From the NCBI GenBank assembly GCA_052279835.1, contig CP181291.1, positions 2,752,001 through 2,816,000 of the forward strand: a stretch of DNA of 64,000 nucleotides, given 5' to 3'. Below are positions 19,012 to 28,184 of this stretch, in pieces (position 1 is the first letter of the stretch; every line of letters starts with the position of its first letter). The DNA is from Microcoleus sp. (lineage in GTDB: Bacteria; Cyanobacteriota; Cyanobacteriia; Cyanobacteriales; Microcoleaceae). Position numbers and translations under genes: made by a program. The notes under the pieces were generated by a model that was not told the origin of the DNA, did not search any database, and worked only from the letters and a program-made list of their open reading frames with translations.

Positions 19012-20876
19012 GTTCTCCCCCTCGAATTCACATCAACTAAAGGAATACCCCAGTAAAAATTAGCCGACATAGTATCACCCAATTCCCACCGCAAACCCGT
19101 ACCTACAGACATCAAAAATTGACGCTCAGAATTCTCTATACCCGAACTATTCCAAACCGTGCCAGCATCAACAAAAGGGGCAATTTGTAAAACTCCTAAC
19201 CCTCGATCGGACCTGCCAACAATCGGAAACCTCAACTCCGCCGATGCCGAAATTCCATTATCAGCCAACTGAATATCCTGGCGATAACCTCTGACACTAT
19301 TGCCACCTCCAATCCCAAATTGTTCGAGAGGTAAAAGCGTCCTATTCGCCAATTGTACATCAGTTTTTGCCACCAAAAAAGTGTCTCTCCTGAAGCGGCG
19401 AATCCACTGTCCCTGTCCCCGCCATGCCAAAAATCGGCTATCAGGAGCCTCGCTATTAACAGTAGCATTAAACACTCCCAATCCCAAACTAAATTGAGAG
19501 CGCAAAGCCAACAATTCATCATTGTTCCGCACAGTCCAATCTTGAAAAAACCTGACGGCGGATATTGCCGTGCGCCCTTTGGCATCCGCACCCGCAGAAA
19601 GCGGAAAATCTTCCCCTAAAATGGAAGTGCCACTTTTTCGCCTAGTTGCTGTCACTCCTAGGGCTAATTCTTGTCTGGGATTTCTCAATATAGGTTGACG
19701 GAAAGTTAGGTCAAAATATTGTGCTGCTGCTCTGATATCCACTTTTTCAAAAGGTTTTTCGATGACGCGATTGTCAGTAACACCCGCTGATAAATTAATT
19801 GTGCCATTCTGAGGATTTAAGGGCAAAGTATAGCTGAGGTCAAAGGCATTACTACCATCAGTATTGGTGTAAGCCAGACTCAAACCATCTCCTTTTCCTA
19901 ATAGGTTGGCTTCAGTTAGTTGTAATTGGCGGCGGAAACTGCCGATGCTGGGAACCCGTCGATTATCTAGCAGCAAGGCAGCACTAAAGGTTTTTTCCTC
20001 CTCAAATTTAACTTCTAGGGCACTTCTGTGGAACTGGGAACCCGGTATTAATTCAGCAGAAATGTTTTTAATTAAGGGATCTAGTTGGAGCAATCGCAGG
20101 GCATCTAATAGGCGAGGAACTTGTAAGGGCTGGGAGGCGCGAGCCAAACGGTTGCATATATAATTGAGATTGAGTCGCTGTTTTCCTGTCTTTCTTCTAA
20201 CTCGAATTGATTCTAAGCCACCTTCGACTATTTTAACGATAACTTCCCCAGCAGCGCCTCGGTTTTGTAACCTTTGATTTGGTTCTTCGCTAGTGGTGGG
20301 AATGTAGGCAAAGGAATTTATATATCCTTTATCCTTATAGAGTTTTGTTACTTCCGAAATCAGTTGCTGCAATTGAGCAAAGGTAATTCTGTTAGTATTG
20401 TTATCTAATTTGAGGATTTTCTTAATAATTTCTTGTTCTAGGGTTTTTTGACTGAAAACTGTATTGCCAATGAACCGAAAATTAGTAACAGAGATTGCCT
20501 CAATTACTTCATTAGTTTTGCTATCTTCTTGTGTTTGGGCTGTGGGAGATTGCGGTTCCGGCGATCGCACTGAGAGCGGACATTCATAAACCTCACTCGT
20601 ATCGGAATTAGGTTCAGTTTTCCCTTCTTGTAAGGTAGGAGTTGGTTTAGGCTGGGGTACATTTGGCTCCGAAGGGACTGTTTGGGGTGCCAAAGGTTCT
20701 GAGAAGTTAGGAGTTTGAGCTTCGATCGGTGTTTGTGCTGTGAATTCTCCTGGAAATAGGGGAACGGTTTGTGCTTTCAGTGGCAAAACAGTCCAATTAC
20801 TTACTAACACTCCCACAGCTATTGGTAAGAGCCGATCGCCCATTTTCGGATTTCCTTTATTGACCATAGCAACCAC
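18960..20876 (-). CDS. ShlB/FhaC/HecB (TpsB) outer-membrane transporter
   Basis: POTRA GNTVFS..YKDKGY; EQFGIGGGNSVRGY motif; C-terminal Phe. Confidence 0.92.
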   Translation of the reverse strand: MVAMVNKGNPKMGDRLLPIAVGVLVSNWTVLPLKAQTVPLFPGEFTAQTPIEAQTPNFSEPLAPQTVPSEPNVPQPKPTPTLQEGKTEPNSDTSEVYECPLSVRSPEPQSPTAQTQEDSKTNEVIEAISVTNFRFIGNTVFSQKTLEQEIIKKILKLDNNTNRITFAQLQQLISEVTKLYKDKGYINSFAYIPTTSEEPNQRLQNRGAAGEVIVKIVEGGLESIRVRRKTGKQRLNLNYICNRLARASQPLQVPRLLDALRLLQLDPLIKNISAELIPGSQFHRSALEVKFEEEKTFSAALLLDNRRVPSIGSFRRQLQLTEANLLGKGDGLSLAYTNTDGSNAFDLSYTLPLNPQNGTINLSAGVTDNRVIEKPFEKVDIRAAAQYFDLTFRQPILRNPRQELALGVTATRRKSGTSILGEDFPLSAGADAKGRTAISAVRFFQDWTVRNNDELLALRSQFSLGLGVFNATVNSEAPDSRFLAWRGQGQWIRRFRRDTFLVAKTDVQLANRTLLPLEQFGIGGGNSVRGYRQDIQLADNGISASAELRFPIVGRSDRGLGVLQIAPFVDAGTVWNSSGIENSERQFLMSVGTGLRWELGDTMSANFYWGIPLVDVNSRGRTWQEKGLHFSVLSRFSF

Positions 20877-23637
20877 GGGTAGGTTGAACAGGACTTTGGA
20901 GGGTAACAGTGGCAGGATTAGCAGTAAAAATCACTTCTCCTTTGCTGTTAATTGCCCAACCTTGAGCCGATAGCATGGGTCGGTTAGGGGCTCCGACTTG
21001 TTGGGGTGGAGCAGTTCTAGTTCGTTGTTGTACAGGTGCTACAGCATCGGCTAAACCGACGGCGCTGGAGCCATTATCGGGTGTTTCTCCCGGATTTGCT
21101 GGCAAGCCGCGCCCAATTCTAGTAAAGGTTTTATCGGTTCTTGATTGTCGTTGATTGGGGCAAATTTGGGCGATCGCATCGGGATTGGCGATCGTTTTTG
21201 GTAATTGAACCAAACCTTGAGTGGGGTCAATATCGGGTGTGTTGAGGAGAACTTGGCCGTCGAGTTGCGGGCCTGCTAGGGATGTGGCGGTGATGTCGCT
21301 GGTGAGGTTGGAGGCGGGATCTGTGGCACGGCGCGATCGGGCTCCGAAGATTCCTTCTGGGGCGGTAATTTCCACGCGGCCAGCTTCGCGGTTGACTGCA
21401 TTGGCGGTGATGTCGCTATTGGTGCCAGCGATTAAAGCTCTGGTATTAATCTCGATATTGCCACCTGTGGCATCGCCCGTGGCTGTTACCGTAATATTGC
21501 TGTTGTTACGCATTTGTAAGAAGTTGGAAACTTGGAGATTGATATTACCGGAGTCACCGGATCTAGTTTCTGCGGTAATGGTTCCTCTGTCTAGTCTGAT
21601 GTCACTGGCTGTTACGTCTAAGTTGCCGGCAGAACCCGTACCCCTGCTCCCATCCACAGCCACACTTCCCCCATCCCGTACCCTCAGCAGTCCCGTACTA
21701 ATCGTTACATCCCCTGCGGCTCCGCTGCCCGTTGTCACTGCTGTCAAACGGCTGGGCAAGCGCCCGTCCGCCCTGACTAAGGGAGAAACCTCTGCTGGCA
21801 CGATGCCGGAAGTTCCAGTCACCTCAATAGACTCCGAGGCATTGACTATAAGAGAACCTCCCTTTCCACCTGCAAAAGTATCTGCCGATATCGCCGCTCC
21901 ATCCCGAACCGTTAACTGCCTCGTTGTTACGGTTAGGTTATCTGCATTGCCAGCATCAGAGTCCGTTGCTCTCCCTGTGGACTGCGTGAACAAACCGCTG
22001 GGAGAGCCGTCCATACCGGTGCCAGCGAGTTCGACAGATTCTCTGGCATTTACAGTTAAAGCCCCTCCTTGCCCGCTACCTTGAGTTGTTGCTGATATCT
22101 GACCGCCGTTTTGAGCGATTAAGCGTCCTGTTTCAATATTGATATTGCCACCACGCCCGTTACCCGCAGTCAGAGCAGTAATGCTTGCCCCATCTTGAAT
22201 AATCAACCGCTCGGACGCTTGAACGATTGTATTGCCTGCATTTCCCGTACCCCTAGTGGAAGATGAAATTTCACTTCCATCTCGCAGAGTCAATAGTCTA
22301 GTTGAAATGGTTAACTCTTGTGAATTGCCAGAAGAATCAGGTTCAGCTTGAGTTAGCAAAGCACTAGGAATCAGACCGTTTGCCGATCGCCCAGTCACTT
22401 CTACAGATTCGGAAGCAGTAACAGTTAACTTTCCCCCCGATCCCTCAGAAAGAGTATTTGAGGCTACCTGCGCCCCATCTCGTAAAATTAAGCGACCAGT
22501 GGCGATCGTCAAATCTCCGGCATTTCCTGTGGTTGGTGTAGTTTCGTCTTGGACATCAACTTGAGCAAATAAGCCGCTGGGCAAACTTCCGTCAGCATTA
22601 GTGCCACTCAATTCTATGGAATCTGTCGCTGTGACGGATAAATTGCCACCTCTGCCAGCCCCGTAGGTTGTTGTATCTACATAACCGCCACCGCCGGCAA
22701 TCAACTGTACTGCTTGAATCGAAACCGTACCCCCGTCTTGGCTGCCGAAAGTCTGAGAGATAATTCCTGAGTCCTCCGTCAGCACCACCCGCCGCCCCTG
22801 TACTTGAATAGTGCCACCACCTTCACCGCTAGCATCTACAGCCGCGCCCTGCGACAATTCAATGTCTTGGAAGTTCTGAACCCCTGCATATCCTAGAACA
22901 AAGCCTGAATCATTGAAACTCAGGCTAACTGAACTGTTAGCAGCAACGCTGCCAAGTTCAATCCTTCCCCCCGATGCTGTCAAAATTCCACCGGGAACAA
23001 TTACATCGCCGCCCACTAGCGCTAAAGTTTGACCCGGTAAAACTTCTAAACCTACAGGGTTTTGATTTCCTTCGCCACTATCTTCAAAAGCAGAAACCGC
23101 CACAGATTGATTAACAATTTGACCGGGATTCTGACCAAATTGCAAGCTCGTAGGAATGCTAATAGTTAGCAGAGGAGTTGTTTGGGGATTAGTAGCGCTG
23201 AATGAGGTGCCGTCAGCGAAATTGATGCGATCGGCTGTAGTGCCAAGAAACGAGCCACCGATATTCAGGCTGGCATTCGGCCCAAAAATAATCCCGTTGG
23301 GGTTGAGGAGAAATAGGTTAGCGTTACCGTTGGCTTGGAGGATGCCATCAATGTTAGAAATTGACCCGCCTGTGACGCGAGTGAAGATATTTTGAATGCT
23401 ATCAATGTTGTTGAAAAATGCTGTACCGCCGGTGGGGACGGAAAATTCGCGAAAGCTGTGGAACAGGTTGCGCCCCGCTTCCGTACCGCCTTCAATGGTG
23501 AAGGTGTTGCCATCTGGGCTGACGGTGGAGTTGATCGGTAAAGTGGCATCCGGGACAATTTGGGCAGTTGCCAAAGTGGGAAAGCCACAAACATAAAATA
23601 GAATACAGAATATTTTCGCTTTTGTTTTATGGCTCAC
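20857..23637 (-). CDS. Filamentous haemagglutinin family TpsA exoprotein
   Basis: AQIVPDATL, NLFHSFREFSV, NPNGIIFG TPS domain; beta-helix repeats; AQGW C-terminal motif. Confidence 0.92.
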   Translation of the reverse strand: MSHKTKAKIFCILFYVCGFPTLATAQIVPDATLPINSTVSPDGNTFTIEGGTEAGRNLFHSFREFSVPTGGTAFFNNIDSIQNIFTRVTGGSISNIDGILQANGNANLFLLNPNGIIFGPNASLNIGGSFLGTTADRINFADGTSFSATNPQTTPLLTISIPTSLQFGQNPGQIVNQSVAVSAFEDSGEGNQNPVGLEVLPGQTLALVGGDVIVPGGILTASGGRIELGSVAANSSVSLSFNDSGFVLGYAGVQNFQDIELSQGAAVDASGEGGGTIQVQGRRVVLTEDSGIISQTFGSQDGGTVSIQAVQLIAGGGGYVDTTTYGAGRGGNLSVTATDSIELSGTNADGSLPSGLFAQVDVQDETTPTTGNAGDLTIATGRLILRDGAQVASNTLSEGSGGKLTVTASESVEVTGRSANGLIPSALLTQAEPDSSGNSQELTISTRLLTLRDGSEISSSTRGTGNAGNTIVQASERLIIQDGASITALTAGNGRGGNINIETGRLIAQNGGQISATTQGSGQGGALTVNARESVELAGTGMDGSPSGLFTQSTGRATDSDAGNADNLTVTTRQLTVRDGAAISADTFAGGKGGSLIVNASESIEVTGTSGIVPAEVSPLVRADGRLPSRLTAVTTGSGAAGDVTISTGLLRVRDGGSVAVDGSRGTGSAGNLDVTASDIRLDRGTITAETRSGDSGNINLQVSNFLQMRNNSNITVTATGDATGGNIEINTRALIAGTNSDITANAVNREAGRVEITAPEGIFGARSRRATDPASNLTSDITATSLAGPQLDGQVLLNTPDIDPTQGLVQLPKTIANPDAIAQICPNQRQSRTDKTFTRIGRGLPANPGETPDNGSSAVGLADAVAPVQQRTRTAPPQQVGAPNRPMLSAQGWAINSKGEVIFTANPATVTLQSPVQPTRGCYGQ

Positions 23638-23887
23638 GAGGATGCACGATGTAAAAAAGGGCGATCGATGAAAACATTGAGATATTATAGTTCCCTGAGC
23701 GGAGTCGAAGGGAGCGGAGTCGAAGGGAGGGTTTTTTTACAAAAATACTGCACCCAACCTTTAAGACTGGTGAAAAACCCGGTTTCTTTAGTATTTTAAG
23801 CAAGTCCTAATAATCTTACAAGACAATGAGCTGAGGATGTAACCCATTGGTGTCAACTTAAGCTGTCATCCCGCCAAGTCAGCCGTC

Positions 23888-24028
23888 GCCCACCAGTCCC
23901 GCCAGGGAATGAATTCCCTGTCTAATAGCTAAAGTCCTCTTAAGAGGACTAATGAGTTAAAATTCTTCTCTTCAGTCCTATGCAAGAGGACTTTAGCTTT
24001 GAGGCAGGGGTTTCAACCCTTGCCGGAC
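23888..24028. repeat. Palindromic intergenic repeat element
   Basis: AGCTAAAGTCCTCTT...AAGAGGACTTTAGCT inverted arms; a related element lies near 185-250. Confidence 0.6.
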
Positions 24029-24041
24029 TATTGGTTGTACC

Positions 24042-27000
24042 TTAAGTAGCACTTATACTTATACTTCCAATTGCACCTACACCTAAAACTGTAAAGCTGC
24101 CTTCATTAGCAAATGTCGAACCTTTAAAAGAATTATCAATGGCTTGGGCACTCCAGTAATAAGTACCCGGTTTGAGATTTTTAAGCGTCCAATTTGTTTT
24201 TTGATTTACATTACCCATTTGGACTACTTTGCGAGTACCATTGCTATTAGCCATCGGAGACATAATATCTGAACCTCCAGGAGTTGTTCCTACCCGCAAG
24301 TTATAAGTCAAACTTGCTTGCGGTGTTTCAGTATCAGTAGCAGGATTCCAGTTTAGGGTAACAGAATTGCCATTAACTAAAGAAATCAGCCCTATGGGTG
24401 GTGTGGGTGCTGTATTTAAAGTGAAAATGTTGTTTCTGTAAACCTTGCTGCTACCAGATGAAACCCCCAATGGATTACCAACCAAAAGAATATCTAGGTC
24501 GCTATCATTGTCGTAGTCTCCCCAACTTACTGAACTACCAAACACTCCTTGTAAGTTGGTACTAATATCAGTGAAGCTACCACCATCATTTCGGTAGAGT
24601 TTTGAGATCCTGGATGGCGTTGCACCTGTCAAAAGAATATCTAAGTCCCCATCATTATCATAATCGCCCCAATCTACAGAGCTATAAAAAGCTCCCTGCA
24701 AGCCAGCATTAATCTCGGTGAAACTGCCAGCATCGTTACGATAAATCTTAGCAACAGGAGATGAATTATTTGCCATTAAGCCTGTCAAAAGTACATCTAG
24801 ATCGCCGTCATTGTCATAGTCACCCCAAGCTGCGTCACCCGAAGAAACACCTGTTAATGATGCGCCTATATCAGTGAAACTGCCACTATCATTACGATAA
24901 ATCTTAGAGATCTCTGATGAAGACGAACCATCAGAATTACCAGTTATGAGAATATCGAGGTCTCCGTCTTTGTCGTAGTCACCCCAATCTGTTGAACCCT
25001 GCCAAACTCCCTGTAAATTAGCCGCTATATCCGTAAAGCTACCACTATCATTGCGGTAGACTTTCGCAATCTTAACAGAGGAACCAGAAATAATGGTAAC
25101 ACCTGTCAGAAGTATATCGAGATCGCCATCATTATCATAATCTCCCCAATTTGCTGAACTATTCCAAACTCCTGGCAAGTTAGCACTAATATTCGTAAAA
25201 TTACCCCCATCATTCCGATAAACATTCGAGACTGGGTTGGAGGTATTATCCAAACCTGTTAGCAGAATATCAAGATCGCCATCTCTGTCATAATCTCCCC
25301 AATCTACTGAACTATTCTTAACTCCCTGCAAAGCAGCATTAATATCCGTAAAGTTGCCACCATCGTTTCGGTAAACTTTGGCTATAGAATTTGGACCATT
25401 TGTGCCTGTTACAAGAATATCTAGATCGCTATCATTATCATAATCTCCCCAATTTGCTGAACTGTAGTAAGCTCCTGCCAAATTAGCATTAATGTCGGTA
25501 AATAGTTCAGTGGGTGCTGGATTAGCTACGATCGCAATTCCTTGAGAAAACTCCGAAGTGTTATTATTCGGATCGGTAGCCGTAGCGGTAATAAATTGAC
25601 CAATTGGCACAGCTACTGGTAACTTAATCTCAACATTCGCATTACCACTGCCATCTGTCGTCACAGTCTGGAATCCCAGGAACTTCTCTCCTTCTCCATA
25701 ACCGCCACCACCAAAACTACCATTACCAAAACCACCACTGCCAAAACCAGAGTCATCTAAAACCTTGTTAGAGAAAAACTCTACTCTGAATGTAGTATTT
25801 GGAGTGCTATTTATCTTCCCTTTAATACTCGTATTCCCACTGCTAGAGATAGCTGAACTCAACTCAGGGAAATTCTGCAAATTGTTAATGCCTGTATCAG
25901 CATCTCCTAAATCATTCACAGTCAATCCATTATTTCCAAAACCGATACCCAAGAGGTCGTTGCCAGAGATAGAATTAGATAAGATAGCATTGCCAGTGGA
26001 ACCGGAACCGTTAATAAAGACACCATTTTTACCATTACCGAATATCAAGTTGCCCGCCTCAATCGTTGTACCCCCAACTGTGTTATTAATTGCGTCCAAA
26101 ATAGCAACACCATTATTTGTATTGCCCAAATCTTTAGTGCCGGTGATATCGCTGCCGATATAGTTACCTTGAATCAAGTTGTTATTGGCAGTTGCTTCTG
26201 TAATGTAAATGCCAACATTGTCATTACCAGATATGATGTTTCGTGCTTTAACTGTTTTACCACCAATAATATTATTAGGACTCAAGATTGATATACCACT
26301 ATAGAGGTTGCCTAAATCTTGAGTGCCAGTGACATCAGTACCAATGAAGTTTCCTTCAATGATGTTGCCACCATTATCAATCAATCGGATAGCGTCAACA
26401 CCAAAACGATTGATAGTTAATCCTCTGACTGTACTGTTGCCAGCAGAGATATATAAACCATCCACTATGCCTGCATTACTGCCATCTAATTCAATCACTG
26501 GACGATTTGAAAATCCAGGCTGAGTAGTGCCATCAATAATCGCTGAATCGGTAATCTGTGGCAGTGGTGATAGTGGTCGAATGGTAAAAGCATTGTTGCT
26601 GGTATTGTAGCCCGGATCTGTACTCGGAATCTTGAAGATAACTGTATCCTTCCCAGGATTGCTATTAGCCCAATTTAAAACAGCCCGCAAACTACCAGGC
26701 CCGCTGTCTTTGGTATTGGTAACAACATTGGGAGACTCATCTAGTTCCAATCCGTAAAGATTCAGCTTCCAAGTATTCCACTCTCCTTTTAATTGGTTGC
26801 CATTGTTATCGCTAACTTGCAACTTCCATTCACCCTTTGATAACTCACCCCAGTGTCGGTTCGAGATAAACTTCCACTCTTTTGAATCTGGCACAATCTT
26901 ATCGCTGTTGTTGAAATTTTGGATGTCCGGTATGGTATTTGCTAACACTGATTCAGTGCCATCTGGTGCAATTAGTTTTACTGTGAAATCACCCCAGTCT

Positions 27001-28184
27001 GGATGAGTAGCCTCAAAAATTACTTCGGCTGTTTCGACAATAATATTCTTGGAAATCGTAGTCTTCGCTTCTATTCCCGTTTTGTTACCATCAGGAATCG
27101 CTTTCATCACATTCTCCAAGTCAGAAGTCACTAAAACTTGCTTACCGACTGGTGTCCAATTAACCGCAGCTTTCACCGCAGCGGTCGCATCAATCGCCCC
27201 AAAGCCTTGTTCGTAACTCACCCAAAATCCTGCTTTATTCTGCTCCCATTTGGGTTTCCCTTCCCCATCTTTGCCATTGAGGTCATTTTTTTGAGCCGTC
27301 TTGGCTAAAATGTGCTGCTCATCGCGCATGGTTAGTTTAGGATTAGCCTCTAGCATCAAAGCAATCGCTCCAGACACTAAAGGCGCAGCCGCAGAAGTTC
27401 CACCAAAATCGTTAGCATAGGGAGATCCATTTTCAAAAATGTCTGTTGTGGTAATCCCTTGTGGGTTATTGGGAGCGCCATTATCGGAGGATGCTGAAAT
27501 GAAAATTGCCGATCCTGGTGTACTGTAAGTGACGTGATTTCCTGCTTTATCGATCGCACCTACAGCGATCGCATTACGGGAACTCGCAAAACTATTATAA
27601 TTGACATTCCCGTTGAAGTTCCCTTCATTGCCACCAGCAAATACATAGGTATTTCCCAGCCCATTTCGACCTTTGGTAACTCCAGTTTGCAAGGCTTGCA
27701 AAGCTAAAGGTTGCCGGCTCATGTATTGAGGGCCCCAACTATTATTGAAAATATCGATCGACTGATTGCGATTAGATTGTCCCGGTTGTGTCTGAGGATC
27801 GAATAAAGCATCAGCAACCTGTTTTCCATCAGGGTCAACCTTATAATTGAGTGGATCGGTGTTACCAAATAGTCGCAGTCCTGCTAATTTCGCTTCAGGA
27901 GCCACACCAACTATACCTTTGCCGTTTTCAGTCGCTGCTGCAATGCCAGCAACAGCAGTTCCGTGAGGGTTAGCAGTTTTAATTTGTAATGTCCAACGTT
28001 TCAAAAGTTCTTGACTAAGTTGGCGCATTTCGTCCGCATCATACTCATCTGGATTGGGATTCTTAATTTCTAGTTGCCAATTCCCACCCGCATAACTCCC
28101 ATAAAATTGATTCAGATTGAAGCTTTGAAAGCTATCTTTGTTAAAATTAATTTTTGCCTTTTGCAAGAATTTCAAATCATCCAT
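24042..28184 (-). CDS. C-terminal part of giant S8 subtilisin-like protein: catalytic His/Ser, P domain, beta-helix, FG-GAP/VCBS repeats, FN3-like domain
   Basis: HGTAVAG, GGNEG, GGTSAAAP; GEWKLQVSD P domain; repeated WGDYDNDGDLDILL. Confidence 0.85.
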   Translation of the reverse strand: MDDLKFLQKAKINFNKDSFQSFNLNQFYGSYAGGNWQLEIKNPNPDEYDADEMRQLSQELLKRWTLQIKTANPHGTAVAGIAAATENGKGIVGVAPEAKLAGLRLFGNTDPLNYKVDPDGKQVADALFDPQTQPGQSNRNQSIDIFNNSWGPQYMSRQPLALQALQTGVTKGRNGLGNTYVFAGGNEGNFNGNVNYNSFASSRNAIAVGAIDKAGNHVTYSTPGSAIFISASSDNGAPNNPQGITTTDIFENGSPYANDFGGTSAAAPLVSGAIALMLEANPKLTMRDEQHILAKTAQKNDLNGKDGEGKPKWEQNKAGFWVSYEQGFGAIDATAAVKAAVNWTPVGKQVLVTSDLENVMKAIPDGNKTGIEAKTTISKNIIVETAEVIFEATHPDWGDFTVKLIAPDGTESVLANTIPDIQNFNNSDKIVPDSKEWKFISNRHWGELSKGEWKLQVSDNNGNQLKGEWNTWKLNLYGLELDESPNVVTNTKDSGPGSLRAVLNWANSNPGKDTVIFKIPSTDPGYNTSNNAFTIRPLSPLPQITDSAIIDGTTQPGFSNRPVIELDGSNAGIVDGLYISAGNSTVRGLTINRFGVDAIRLIDNGGNIIEGNFIGTDVTGTQDLGNLYSGISILSPNNIIGGKTVKARNIISGNDNVGIYITEATANNNLIQGNYIGSDITGTKDLGNTNNGVAILDAINNTVGGTTIEAGNLIFGNGKNGVFINGSGSTGNAILSNSISGNDLLGIGFGNNGLTVNDLGDADTGINNLQNFPELSSAISSSGNTSIKGKINSTPNTTFRVEFFSNKVLDDSGFGSGGFGNGSFGGGGYGEGEKFLGFQTVTTDGSGNANVEIKLPVAVPIGQFITATATDPNNNTSEFSQGIAIVANPAPTELFTDINANLAGAYYSSANWGDYDNDSDLDILVTGTNGPNSIAKVYRNDGGNFTDINAALQGVKNSSVDWGDYDRDGDLDILLTGLDNTSNPVSNVYRNDGGNFTNISANLPGVWNSSANWGDYDNDGDLDILLTGVTIISGSSVKIAKVYRNDSGSFTDIAANLQGVWQGSTDWGDYDKDGDLDILITGNSDGSSSSEISKIYRNDSGSFTDIGASLTGVSSGDAAWGDYDNDGDLDVLLTGLMANNSSPVAKIYRNDAGSFTEINAGLQGAFYSSVDWGDYDNDGDLDILLTGATPSRISKLYRNDGGSFTDISTNLQGVFGSSVSWGDYDNDSDLDILLVGNPLGVSSGSSKVYRNNIFTLNTAPTPPIGLISLVNGNSVTLNWNPATDTETPQASLTYNLRVGTTPGGSDIMSPMANSNGTRKVVQMGNVNQKTNWTLKNLKPGTYYWSAQAIDNSFKGSTFANEGSFTVLGVGAIGSISISAT

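Noticed and set aside
21221..22084. 287-aa plus-strand ORF
   Set aside because: Antisense shadow of the TpsA beta-helix repeats
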